From assembly GCF_000143415.4 (NCBI RefSeq), contig NW_003314374.1:22604-86603 (forward strand): 64,000 nucleotides of DNA, in the 5' to 3' direction. This DNA is from Selaginella moellendorffii. Lineage: Eukaryota; Plantae; Lycopodiophyta. The translations under genes were made by a program, and so were the position numbers. Below the pieces are notes generated by a model. The model worked only from the letters and a program-made list of their open reading frames with translations, did no database searches and was not told the DNA's origin. Positions 12,101 to 23,484 of the stretch are shown piece after piece. Numbering within the stretch: position 1 is the stretch's first letter; the number at the start of each line of letters is the position of its first letter.

Positions 12101-13148
12101 TCTCAATCCGACTCGGAGCAGGAGTTGCCAAGCTCTCAGCCACCAAAATCTGGGAAAGCAAGAGACAGGCGCCTTTCTGGGACGCGTAAGCGAGGAAAAC
12201 CTCCAGCTAAAACCGCTTCCGGTTCCGATGCTAGCGAAGAGGAATCGGATACGGACTTCAAACTAAGGTTGAAAGGAGCAAGTACTCCGAGGAGAAATCC
12301 TCGCAGAACCGCCGTTGATTCCAGGTAAGCTAGTCTGTTCAGTTTCGTCTTCGAACGCTGATACTTGACAATTGAACTTGCAGGTTCCAGATGTTTGTTG
12401 ATAAAAACGACGGCTTGGACTCGCTCTTTACAGCACGGAGCTCCAGTCGACCGGTCACGGAGCCGGACGTTGTCCCGGAGACGCAAAACGTGGAAGAAAC
12501 TTTGACGGGCCCTCAAGGTGGTCAGAAGAAAACAGCGAGCCGAAGAAGCTCGCAGGCCCAAACTCCTCCGGTCATTCAGCAGGATCCTTCTCCAGTGATG
12601 ATCATCACTCCGGAAGGAGTGGTGAGCTCTCAAGAAGCAGCGCCAGGGGCAGAGAAAGCTCGCGGCGAAACGAAAAGAAAGCGTCCTTCAGCGAAGGCAA
12701 GCAAGCGCCGCGCCAAGAGCAGCGAGCAAACTCCGGCTCCAACGCGCACTACTTTCACTCCGGCTCCATCTCCGACTACTCCTTTGGCTCCGATTCCACT
12801 CATGGAGAGAATGCCAACGTCGAGTGGTAAGAAGAAGCGTAGGTAAATATCTTCTCGCTCTCACCTTTTTTATCGCGCTCTCTGGTTTTTTCCTTGATTT
12901 TTCTTACTTTCTTTACAGGCAGGCGTAGAGAGCCCGTGGATTGTCCATTCTGTGGTAGAACCTATTCCTACCAGACTGGAGCGTTTAAGAAAGCTTGTGG
13001 AAGAAAGAGGAATCTTCTTTTTCAAAAGCAGGATATGCTTTTAGGGGTAAGATATTCCGTCTATAGGACGGTATATTTCTTTTTGTTTTTTGAAAGAGGT
13101 ATATTCGATGTTTATCAGATCCATTACGCTTTAGGGGTTTTTGTCTGA
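9147..13148 (+). CDS. Large low-complexity acidic/Ser/Lys-rich protein of unknown function; spans an assembly gap
   Basis: Spliced N-terminus MDFMRGVDQAVALCRACVETNRGTRMLVIVPSGTSAEEFRERVRAVHSTNFPEHGNVGIKNIMIMVAGYWYAF; long open frames 9444-gap and 11084-12328; further exons ~12384-12842 and a last exon with CPFCGRTY; 3' end uncertain. Confidence 0.65.
9820..10040 (+). repeat. In-frame tandem duplication of about 38 codons
   Basis: NDDVQMVDGSEPESRAVAETDIAESSGQETRSGPSLR / NDVQMVDGSEPHSRAVAEMDVPESNGQETRSASSLR. Confidence 0.85.
10724..11064. other. Assembly gap
   Basis: Run of N. Confidence 1.
11240..12060 (+). repeat. Coding tandem repeats: about four ~31-33 aa units, then about 2.5 ~58 aa units
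   Basis: Units such as TSDSDSEDD..QVPVEKNQEEAATVGxKKTG, then TQAPLQSQ..AAKQATAGRKKT..GGKKTG..EDEEA. Confidence 0.85.
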
Positions 13149-13160
13149 GGAATTAGAGAG

Positions 13161-14696
13161 ATGGGAATGGGGGGCGCCGAGCGGCTAGAATGCATCGATC
13201 TCTCCTGCCCGGACGTGGAGCGCCTGGCGCAGCAGCTCAGGAAGGTAACGGTCGATCGGTCGGTTTTCGATTTTCGCGTGTGGAAATCTCGTGATATAGG
13301 CCTGCCTGGAGACGGGGTTCTTCTATGTTGCGAACCACGGGATAAGCGAGGAGTTTATGGCACAGGTGTTTGAGCAGAGCCGGAAATTCTTCACGCTTCC
13401 CTTGGAGGAGAAGATGAAGGTCTACCAGGATGAGAACTTCCGGGGCTACACCCCGATCTTTGACGAGAAACTGGATCCGGCAAAGCAGCGCCTTGGTAAA
13501 GACGTTTGTGTTGTGTGATGCTCATCGTGTTTTCATGTCGAGAACAGGGGATGCGAAGGAAGGGTATTATATTCGACGTGAAGTTTCAGGGAGTGATCCC
13601 AGAGCGAAGGATCCTTTGCAAGGACCGAATCAATGGCCATCTCCTGGTTTGATTTTCTCTTGGTCCTTCTTCTAAACGTTACTGTGTTTGTTTTTCTCCA
13701 AACTTTGCCAGATACACTCCCAGAATGGAAGCAAACAATGGAAATGTATTTCGACCAGGCCGAGTACGTATATTTCTCTTTTTCTCTTCTTGAACAAAGA
13801 AAGAGACTTTGGCTTGCAGAAAGCTCTCGCGGAAACTAATCAAGCTCATTGCGCTAGCGTTGGAACTAGAAGAATCGTTTTTCGACAAGCCTGGGATGTT
13901 TGACCACCCCATGGCAGCGGTTCGTTTGCTTCACTATCCAGGTAAGTTAATTGAGATCTTTTGAGAGTTTTTTCCTTTGTCCTCGATACAGCTCAAGCTT
14001 CCGATCCGGAAGAGGGATTTTTTGGTGCTGGTGCGCACAGTGACTATGGAATGCTCACACTTCTCGCCAGCGATGGCGTTCCTGGTCTCCAGGTAGGTGT
14101 ACGTGTTCTAATAATAAAAATTATGATCGGCACTTGGAAAGGATAGATTTGCAAGGAGAAGGATGCAAAGGAGCAAGTCTGGACTAATGTCCAGCCACTG
14201 AAAGGGTGGGTTTGAGGACTAGCTATGAAGCCCACTTACCTGTGGATTTGATGAGCAGGGCATTTATAGTCAACTTGGGAGATATGCTAGAGCGCTGGAC
14301 AAACAACCTTTTCAGGTAGAAATATTGAGATTGTTTGAGACTCCGACGTTGGTTCACATTGTCTATCAAGGTCAACATTGCACCGGGTGCTCAACTATGG
14401 GGTCGAACGCTACTCGGTGAGCAAAATGCTTGACGTGTTTAGAATCGTGATGGATTACTTTCGACAGATTGCTTTCTTCATGGGGCCAAATTTTGACTGC
14501 ATTGTGGAGTGCATTCCAACGTGTTGCAGCGAGCTGAATCCATCAAAGTATGTAGCTAGCTTTCTCCTGGTGGTATTTCTAAGTTTGCTTGCTTTGTGAT
14601 AGATTCCCTCCTGCCAAGAGTGGCGACCATCTTTTAGGAAGATATAAAGTCACTCACAAGGATTATGAAGCTGTGGCAAACCGAAAATATAAGTAA
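13161..14696 (+). CDS. 2-oxoglutarate/Fe(II)-dependent dioxygenase (DIOX_N + 2OG-FeII_Oxy), 11 exons, intact
   Basis: Exons 13161-13244, 13300-13495, 13548-13646, 13712-13763, 13820-13941, 13992-14092, 14147-14205, 14259-14315, 14371-14416, 14468-14547 and 14603-14696; motifs GFFYVANHGI, RLLHYP, HSDYGMLTLL (HxD), VNLGDMLERWTN, STLHRV, RYS. Confidence 0.93.
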
Positions 14697-14994
14697 TCTA
14701 TAATACTAAAAACGAATTGTTGGATGTCACTGTTTCATCGGCATTGAACCACAATCTGCTTCCCGCAAGTCTTTCTCTTCCGTGCCAATGAAAAGGACTG
14801 AAACTCTCTTGTTTGAAAGTCCCACTCGTACAGCGAGCGTGAAAAATCTCCAGTGCAAGGAACTCCCCTTTAGCGGATGGCCTGATAACTCATGCTCTAT
14901 TTTTCAGTACCTCAAGGAGAACGTCGATGAAAAGCGCACCAAGAGGCCTCTTTCATCTCGAAACTCCTCACCACTGCTGCAGGTTGGAATGGCC

Positions 14995-15665
14995 GGCGAG
15001 AGAGCCACTTCCGCCGCTATGAACGCGCTCTTGTTCGCTACGCTATCATCCAGAGTGGACCAGCTCTGGATCAAACGCAGTGCTCCATTCCCCGGATCAT
15101 ACGAGAGCTGGCTCACGGTGTTTGCGAGCTCGTTGAGCACGTATGCGAATCGCTCGTCGCGGGAGAAGATCATATGCCGAGGACCCGAGCCAGGCTCAAG
15201 TGAAACCTCCGGAGTCGCGGCCTCCAGTCGGGACGTTGAGAACTCGGACGTGGATCTTATCGGTGCCGAGATCACAAACGAAGACCGAGGAGTCCGTGAT
15301 GATCTGGTGGGGATGAGGACCGTTTTGCCAGGGATTGTTCCTCGGCCCCGTGAGACCTGGAACCTTGATCAGCGAAACCGGTGGAGATCGCAAACAAGAT
15401 CCACTTGCCGCTCCGGGACCGAGCCACAAGGGATGGCGAGACGAGAGAGATGTGGAGAGAAGGAGAATGCCTCGAGAGCGCCACTCTCCACTTCGTTTAC
15501 CGCATAGATAACATTGCCCAAGTGGGGATGCCTGGTCAGAAAGGTGGGATTGGTACCTGATGGAAACGAGGCGATCGAGTGGAGCTGATGTTTCTCAGCC
15601 ACAAGAATTGGAGAATCTCGTCTGGATGTGATTATGGTCATCAAATATATTGGCACTGAGGCCAC
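14995..15665 (-). pseudogene. Frameshifted, intronless Pgl/YbhE/YkgB-type 7-bladed beta-propeller lactonase remnant
   Basis: Four frame segments: GTNPTFLTRHPHLGNVIYAVNEVESGALEAF; SRSGKWILFA; GPRNNPWQNGPHPHQIITDSSVFVCDLGTDKIHV; LEPGSGPRHMIFSRDERFAYVLNELANTV...STLD..AAEVALSP. Truncated before the expected YvSNRG blade. Confidence 0.8.
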
Positions 15666-17425
15666 TGAAGAATCTATTGCTTAAAAGTTTGTGTTTGAGA
15701 GCGAGTTCCTGAATTGTTTTTATAATGCTAAATAATCAACAACTAAATAATTTAAACTATTGAATGTGCAACTCTCATGACTGCAACGACGAAACTGCCT
15801 GGCCAAAACATACAATAAAAACAAATAAAATGCCTCAACAGAAGAAGAAGATCTAGAAGTTTGATGTTCTTTTTAATTCTGCCAGGGGTCAGCGCTCGAG
15901 CTCTGTTATCAAAAAACCAAGAATCACAATTGCAAGCGAGTTGTTCAGACTTGTTCGCACCATTGATAACTTCTCCTACCCACAAACTTAAGATGCTGTT
16001 AACTTTTCTGAAATAAGATAGACCAACAAAAGTAAGTTCCATCCAGTGCCTATTCATGTTCCTTCATCTTGCTATAATATTAGTGAATTAATGATCGTAG
16101 CATACAGTCCTCTTTGCAAAATAAAGTTCTGGCCCAATTTTTGAGTGAGTAACTTCTTTTTTTCTTGCTTATAATTATTCGATAATTGAGGTGGAAGAGG
16201 TATTTGCAGCATCCAGCCTCCAGAGATGATACATGGATTCTTTCACAACAACTTCAATACGTGTCCTATTGTGTGGTGAGCTCTTCCAAGAACACGGAAG
16301 TATGAAGTAACGGGAGTAATGGTGATCCATGAAGAAAAGACACTTCCATTGCACTGCATTGCATCAGTTCTAATCTTGGAAATGTTAAAATAGGGAGCAC
16401 TGGCTGTCAATGTTTTGGGACTACAAATCCATGAGAGATGGCCTTGAGTTGTTTACATGTGGTTTCAATTTATTGAGGGAATGTTCCAGCTTCCTTCTAG
16501 GTCAAGCTAACCATCATGATATGTGAATAAGAGCCTAATAATACCAGGTGTACAGCCAGGATTTTTAGTCATGGAAAGTCTTCATGGATCTCTAGAGAGT
16601 GATTGAAAGAGACCTTAATTTAGGTGACAATGATGGAAATTAGAAAAATGAAGAATAGCAAAAGATGGGATATATTTATGAATGCCTAATGTGTTTAATT
16701 TCATTTTCAAGAGTAGAAACATGCTTTGTTTAGTAGTATATTATATTTTAAGCAATGAACTCATGCCATTTGTTTCGATACCATACATTTTATATTTCCC
16801 TTTAATCAAACTAAAAAAAATGTAATTGTTTAATGAGAAAGCATATATACCCCTAAAGTTCTAATAGTAACAATATATTCAAATTTCATCCTATGATTAT
16901 ATACACTACAATAAATTCAAAAAGAAGAATAAAAACAATTTGTGCAACATTTGTAAGAAGCCAAAACACTAGGCAAGAAATAAAGAAGCCAAGAGAGCAA
17001 AGGGGCAAGAATAGCCAAGAGACAGAGTGGCCAATAGTAAAAAGTCCACCAACTTTACTAGTATGGCAAAGAAGGGTAGCAGGTTGTTCATGGCCATAAG
17101 CATCTAGAATTAGGCCACTTCCAGGATGAGACAGGTGTAGCTTGATTTAGGGGCAAACAAGCACATGACACACTTTGGAAAGTTTTTCACAACCCTCAAT
17201 TCCATAAAATAGAAAGATTTTCCTAGGCTCGAATGAGGTGGAGGGAGTTGTCAAAACTCCATCAGAAACAAGACATTTTTTTCACTAACAAAAATAGTAA
17301 ATTATGACTTTTAAGAATGATTTCAGCCTCAGTAGGCAATACTATTGCATGTGGGAGGAGATAAAATGGGCTGTATTGTCTGAATATTGCCAGAGTGGGC
17401 CTACTTTTCAGGACCAAAACAAGTA

Positions 17426-20400
17426 CTTCTCAATCTGACTCGGAGCAGGAATTGCCAAGCTCTCAGCCGCCAAATTCTGGGAAAGCAAGAGACAGGCGCC
17501 TTTCTGGGACGCATAAGCAAGTAAAACCTCCAGCTAAAACTGCTTCCGGTTCCGATCCTAGCGAAGAAGAATCGGATACATACTTCAAATAAGGTTAAGA
17601 GGAGCAAGTACTCCCAGGTAAGCTAGTCGGTTGCTTGGACTCGCTCTTTACAGCACGGAGCTCCAGTTGGAGCCGGATGTTGCCCCGGAGATGCAAAACG
17701 TGGAAGAAACTTTGAAGGGCTCTCAAGGTGGTCAGAAGAAAACAGCGAGCCGAAGAAGCTCGCAGGCCCAAACTCCTCCAGTCATTCAGCAGGATCCTTC
17801 TCCAGTGATGTGATCACTTTGGAGGTGAGCTCTCAAGAAGCAGCACCCGAGGCAGAGAAAGCTCGTAGCGAAACGAAAAGAAAGCGTCCTTCAGCGAAGC
17901 AGAACGCCAAGAGCAGTGAGCAAACTCCGGCTCCAACCCGCACTACTTTCACTCCGGCTCCAACTCCGGCTACTCCTTTTGGCTCCGATTCCTCTCATGG
18001 AGACGTCAAGTGGTAAGAAGAAGCATAGGTAAATATCTTCTCGGTCTCACCTTTTTTATATTGCGCTCTCTCTGGTTTTTTCCTCGATTTCTTTTGGCTT
18101 TGGTTCTTACAGGTTTAGAGAGCCCGTGGATTGTCCCAAGTAGGATATGCTTTTAGGGGGGACGGTATATCCCCTTTTTGTTTTTGAAAGAGGCATATTC
18201 GATGTTTCTCAGACCATGATGCTTTGGGGAATTGGAGGGGCGCGAGAGCGGCTAGAATGCATCGATCTCTCCTAACAGCTCAGGAAGGTAACGGTCGATC
18301 GATCGGTCGGTTTCCGATTTTCGCGTGTGGAAATCTCGTGATTTAGGCCTGCCTGGAGACGGGATTCTTCTATGTTGCGAACCACGGGATAAGCGAGGAG
18401 TTTATGGCAGAGGTGTTTGAGCAGAGCCGGAAATTTTTCACGCTTCCCTTGGAGGAGAAGATGTTCTACCACGATGAGAATTTCCGGGGCTACACCCCGA
18501 TCATTGACGAGAAACTGGATCCGGCAAAGCAGCGCCTTGGTACAAACTTTTGTGTTGTGTGATGCTCATCGCGTTTTTCATGTCGAGAACAGGGGATGCG
18601 AAGGAAGGATATTATATTGAACGCGAAGTTTCAGAAAGTGACAGCGAAGGATCCTTCGCAAGGACCGAATCAATGGGCATCTCCTGGTTTGATTTTCTTT
18701 TGGTCCTTCTTCTAAACGTTACTGTGTTTGTTTTTCTCCAAACTTTGCCAGATACACTCCCAGAATGGAACCATCGGACAATCGGTTTTTAGTATTATAG
18801 ATTACTTACATTTTCGGTTTGCCACAGCTTCATAATCCTTGTGAGTGACTTTATATCTTCCTAAAAGATGGTCGCCACTCTTGACAGGAGGGAATCTATC
18901 ACAAAGCAAGCAAACTTAGAAATACCACCAGGAGAAAGATATCTACATACTTTGATGGATTCAGATCGCTGCAACAAGTTGGAATGTACTCCACAATGCA
19001 GTCAAAATTTGGCCCCATGAAGAAAGCAATCTGTCGAAAGTAATCCATCACGATTCTAAACACGCCATGCATTTTGCTCATCGGGTAGCGTTAGTTGAGC
19101 ACCCAGTGCAATGTTGACCTTGATAGAGAATGTGAACCAATGTCAGAGTCTCAAACAATCTCAATATTTCTACCTGAAAAGGTTGTTTGTCCAGCTCTCC
19201 ATCACGATTCTAAACATGTCACGCATTTTGCTTGCTCATCAATCCATATGTAAGTGAACTTCATATTTAGTCCTCAAACCCACTCTTTCAGTGGCTGGAT
19301 ATTAGCCAGATTCGCTCCTTTGGATCCTTCTTCTTGCACATCTATCATTTCCAAGTGCAGATCATAATTTTTATTATTAGAACACGTACACCTACCTGGA
19401 GACCAGGAACGCCACCACTGGCGAGAAGTGTGAGCATTCCATAGTCACTGTGCACACCAGCACCAAACAATCCCTCTTCCAGATTGGAAGCTTGAGCTGT
19501 ATTGAGGACAAAGGAAAAAACTTCCAAACGATTTCAATTAACTTACCTGGATAGAACCAATGCCATGGGGTGGTCAAACATCCCAGGCTTGTCCAAAACC
19601 AATTCTTCTAGTTCCAACGCTCACTCAATAAGCTTGATTAGTTTCTGCAAGAGCTTTCTGCAAGCCAAAGTCTCTTTTTGGATCAAGAAGAGAAAAAGAG
19701 AAACTTACTCAGCCTAGTCAGATACATTTTCATTGTTTGTTCATTATTTCATCGCATTGAACCACAATCTACTTCCTGCGAGTCTTTCTCTTCCGTGCAT
19801 ATAAAAAGGACTGAGACTCTCCTGTTTGGAAGTCCCACTCGTACAGCTAGCGTGAGAAGTCTCCAGTGCAAGGAACTCCCGAAAATCCTCTTTAGCAGAT
19901 GGCCTGATTACTCGTGCTCTATTTTTCAGTACCTTAAGGAGAACGTCGATGAAAAGTGCACTGAGAGAGCTCTTTCATCTCGAAACTCTTCATTGGTTTA
20001 ACCACTGTTGTAGGTTGGAATGGTGAACATGAAGTTTGTAAAAGCCATGAAGAAGGTGTGCCACTTCCATTGCACTACATTGCATTAGTTCTAATCTTGC
20101 AAATGTTAAAACAAGGAGTGCTGGTTATTAATGTTTTTGGATTACAAATCCATGAGAGATGGATATAAGTAACTAAAGAAAACAACTTTCCATAAATGTT
20201 CAAATATAAAAGGAAAATAATGCATTTTATTTTCCAATCGGTTTAAAGTTTTAATTTTTATGTGATTCCAATTTATTGAGGGAATGTTCTAGCTTCCGTG
20301 AAAGTTGACCATTGTGATTTTTAGCTGGCTTAGCTTTGTTTCTTCCTCATTCTTATATGTCAATAAGAGTCTGGTTGTGCTCAGGTGAGGATTTTTAATC

Positions 20401-21200
20401 ATGGAAAATCATAATTCTACTTCATGGAAAAGGATCTCTAAGGAGTGATTAAGAAAGACTTTAATCCAGGTGACAATAATGCAGATAAAAAAAAAAGAGT
20501 AGGGTGGTTCTAGAACATTTTATGGATGCTTAATATATATGATTTTAATTTTAGGAGTGATATATTATATTTTATATCTTCAAAATTATACCATTTATTT
20601 TACACTTTATCTTTCCCCTTAATCTAATTGAAAAAAATGTAATTGCGTAATGAGAGGTTATTTTATTCCCATATATACCCTAAAGTTCTAATGATGCCAA
20701 TATACTTAAATTTCATCTTATAATCACATACACTACAATGAGCAAGAAACTGAACAACAAGAAATTCATCTGCAACATTTGTAAAAAGCCAAGACATTAA
20801 GCAAGAGATGAGGAGGCTAAGAGAGTACAGGAGGTAAGAAGAGCTGCAGCTAGCAGAAGAAAGTCCACCAACCTTACTAGTATGGCAAAGAAGGGCAGTG
20901 AAGATGATTGGGATGACTATGGCAGCTTGTTCATGGCCACAAAAATCTAGAAGTAAGCCACTAACTTCCAAGACAAGGCAGGAATAAAGGTTGTGTGGCT
21001 TGATTTAGGGGCAAACAAGCACATGACACACTTTGAAGAGTTTTTCACAACCCTCAATTCCAAAAAATAGAAGGATTTTCCTAGGGGATGATTACTTCAT
21101 AAGGTGGAGGGAGCTGGCATGATGGACATCAAAACTCCATCAGGGGATATTGTGAGTATACACATGTTTACTATGTTTCTGACTTAGACATCACTTTCAA
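17426..21200 (+). repeat. Tandem duplication unit 2: decayed copy of ~12099-17270 lacking the lactonase block
   Basis: Near-colinear matches to 12099-13730 (at 17426-18770), 14730-14990 (at 19740-20020) and 16330-17270 (at ~20040-21150). Confidence 0.9.
18230..19739. pseudogene. 2OG dioxygenase copy 2: deletions in exons 1-3, 3' half inverted
   Basis: Plus-strand homology runs to ...ccagaatggaa (18770); 18771-19739 is the reverse complement of ~13732-14730. Confidence 0.9.
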
Positions 21201-21939
21201 GAAGTAGATGTGCATGATTGCAGACTCAGTAGGTTCCAGATGTTTGTTGATAAAAACGAGCTTGGACTCGCTCTTTACAGCACGGAGCGTCCAGTCGACC
21301 GGTCCCGGAGCCAGACGTTGTCCCGGAGACACAAAACGTGCAAGAAACTTTGACGGGTTCTCAAGAAGAAAACAGTGGGCCGAAGAAGCTCGCAGGCCCA
21401 AACTCCTCCTGTCATTCAGCAGGATCCTTCTCCAGTGATGATCATCACTCCAGAGGGAGTGGTGAGCTCTCAAGAAGCACCGCCAGAGGCAGAGAAAGCT
21501 TGCGGCGAAACGAAAAGAAAGCATCCTTCAGCAAGCACAGCGCCAAAAGCAGCGAGCAAAATCCGGCTCCAATGCGCACTACTTTCACTCCGGCTCCAAC
21601 TCTGGCTACTCCTTTGGCTCCGATTTCTCTCATGGAGAGAATGCCAACGTTGAGTGGTAAGAAGAAGCATAGGTAAATATCTTCTCGCTCTCACCTTTTT
21701 TCTATTGCGCTCTCTCTGGTTTTTTCCTCGAAATTTTTTGGCTGGTTCTTTGGATTGTCCATTCTGTGGTAGAACCTATTTCTACCAGACGAGCGTTTTG
21801 GGTGCATAAGAAAGCTTGTGGTTGCGGGAAGTAGGGAGGATATGCTTTTAGGGGTAGGTCTTTTGTTTTTGAAAGAGGTATATTCGATGTTTATCAGACC
21901 CATTATGCTTTAAGGGTTTTTGTCTGGGAAATTGGAGAG

Positions 21940-23475
21940 ATGGGAGAGGCGGGCGCCGAGCGGCTAGAATGCATCGATCTCTCCTGCCCGGACGTGGAGC
22001 GCCTGGCGCAACAGCTCAGGAAGGTAACGGTCGATCGATCGGTCTGTTTTAGATTTTCGCGTGTGGAAATCTCGTGATTTAGGCCTGCCTGGAGACAGGG
22101 TTCTTCTATGTTGTGAACCACGGGATAAGCGAGGAGTTCATGGCACAGGTGTTTGAGCAGAGCCGAAAATTCTTCACGCTTCCCTTGGAGGAGAAGATGA
22201 AGGTCTACCAGGATGAGAACTTCCGGGGCTACACCCCGATCTTTGACGAGAAGCTGGATCCGGCAAAGCAACGCCTTGGTAAAGACGTTTGTGTTGTGTG
22301 ATGCTCATCGTGTTTTTCATGTCGAGAACAGGGGATGCGAAGGAAGGATATTATATTGGACGCGAAGTTTCAGGGAGTGATCCCAGAGCGAAGGATCCTT
22401 TGCAAGGACCAAATCAATGGCCATCTCCTGGTTTGATTTTCTTTTGGTCCTTCTTCTAAACGTTACTGTGTTTGTTTTTCTCCAAACTTTGCCAGATACA
22501 CTCCCAGAATGGAAGCAAACAATGAAAATGTATTTCGACCAGGCCGAGTACGTATATTTCTCCTTTTCTCTTCTTGATCCAAAAAGAGACTTTGGCTTGC
22601 AGAAAGCTCTCGCGGAAACTAATCAAGCTTATTGCGCGAGCATTGGAACTAGAAGAATCGTTTTTCGACAAGCCTGGGATGTTTGACCACCCCATGGCAG
22701 TGGTTCGTTTGCTTCACTATCCAGGTAAGTTGCTTGAGGTCTTTGCTTTTCTTTTGCTAGTTGTTTCCTTTCCCCGATACAGCTCAAGCTTCCAATCCAG
22801 AAGAGGGATTGTTTGGTGCTGGTGCGCACAGTGACTATGGCATGCTCACACTTCTCGTGATGGTGTTCCTGGTCTCCAGGTAGGTGTACGTGTTCTAGCA
22901 TAAAAAAAACTTTGACCAGCGCTTGGAAACATTAGATTTGCAAGGAGAAAGATGCAAAGGAACAAGTATGGACTAATGTCCAGCCACTGAGAGGGTGAGT
23001 TCGAGGAGTAACTAATGTTCACTTACGTATGGATTTGATGAGCAGGGCATTTGTAGTCAACTTGGGAGATATGCTAGAGCGGTGGACAAATAACCTTTTC
23101 AGGTAAAAACATTGCGATTGTTTTGGTCACATTGTCTATCAAGGTCAACATTGCACCGGGTGCTTAATTATGGGGTCGAGCGCCACTCGGTGAGCAAAAT
23201 GCATGAAGTCGTTAGAATCGTGATGGATTTCGATTTCTTTCGACAGATTGCTTTCTTCATGGAGCCAAATTTTGACTGCATTGTGGAGTGCATTCCAACT
23301 TGTTGTAGCGAGCTGAATCCACCAAAGTATGTAGCCAGCTTTCTCCTGGTGGTATTTCTAAGTTTGTTTGCTTTGTGATAGATTACCTCCTGTCAAGAGT
23401 GGCAACCATCTCTTAGGAAGATATAAAGTCACTCACAAGGATTATGAAGCTGTGGCAAAGCGAAAATTTAAGTAA
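21940..23475 (+). pseudogene. 2OG dioxygenase copy 3 (duplication unit 3, starting ~21231): full length, frameshifted in exon 6
   Basis: All 11 exons are present. Exon 6 reads cttctcgtgatgg versus cttctcgccagcgatgg in copy 1 (4-bp deletion); RYS has become RHS. Confidence 0.8.
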
Positions 23476-23484
23476 TGGGAGGAT

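Noticed and set aside
14782-15507. 241-aa plus-strand ORF
   Set aside because: Antisense to the lactonase remnant; no recognisable motifs
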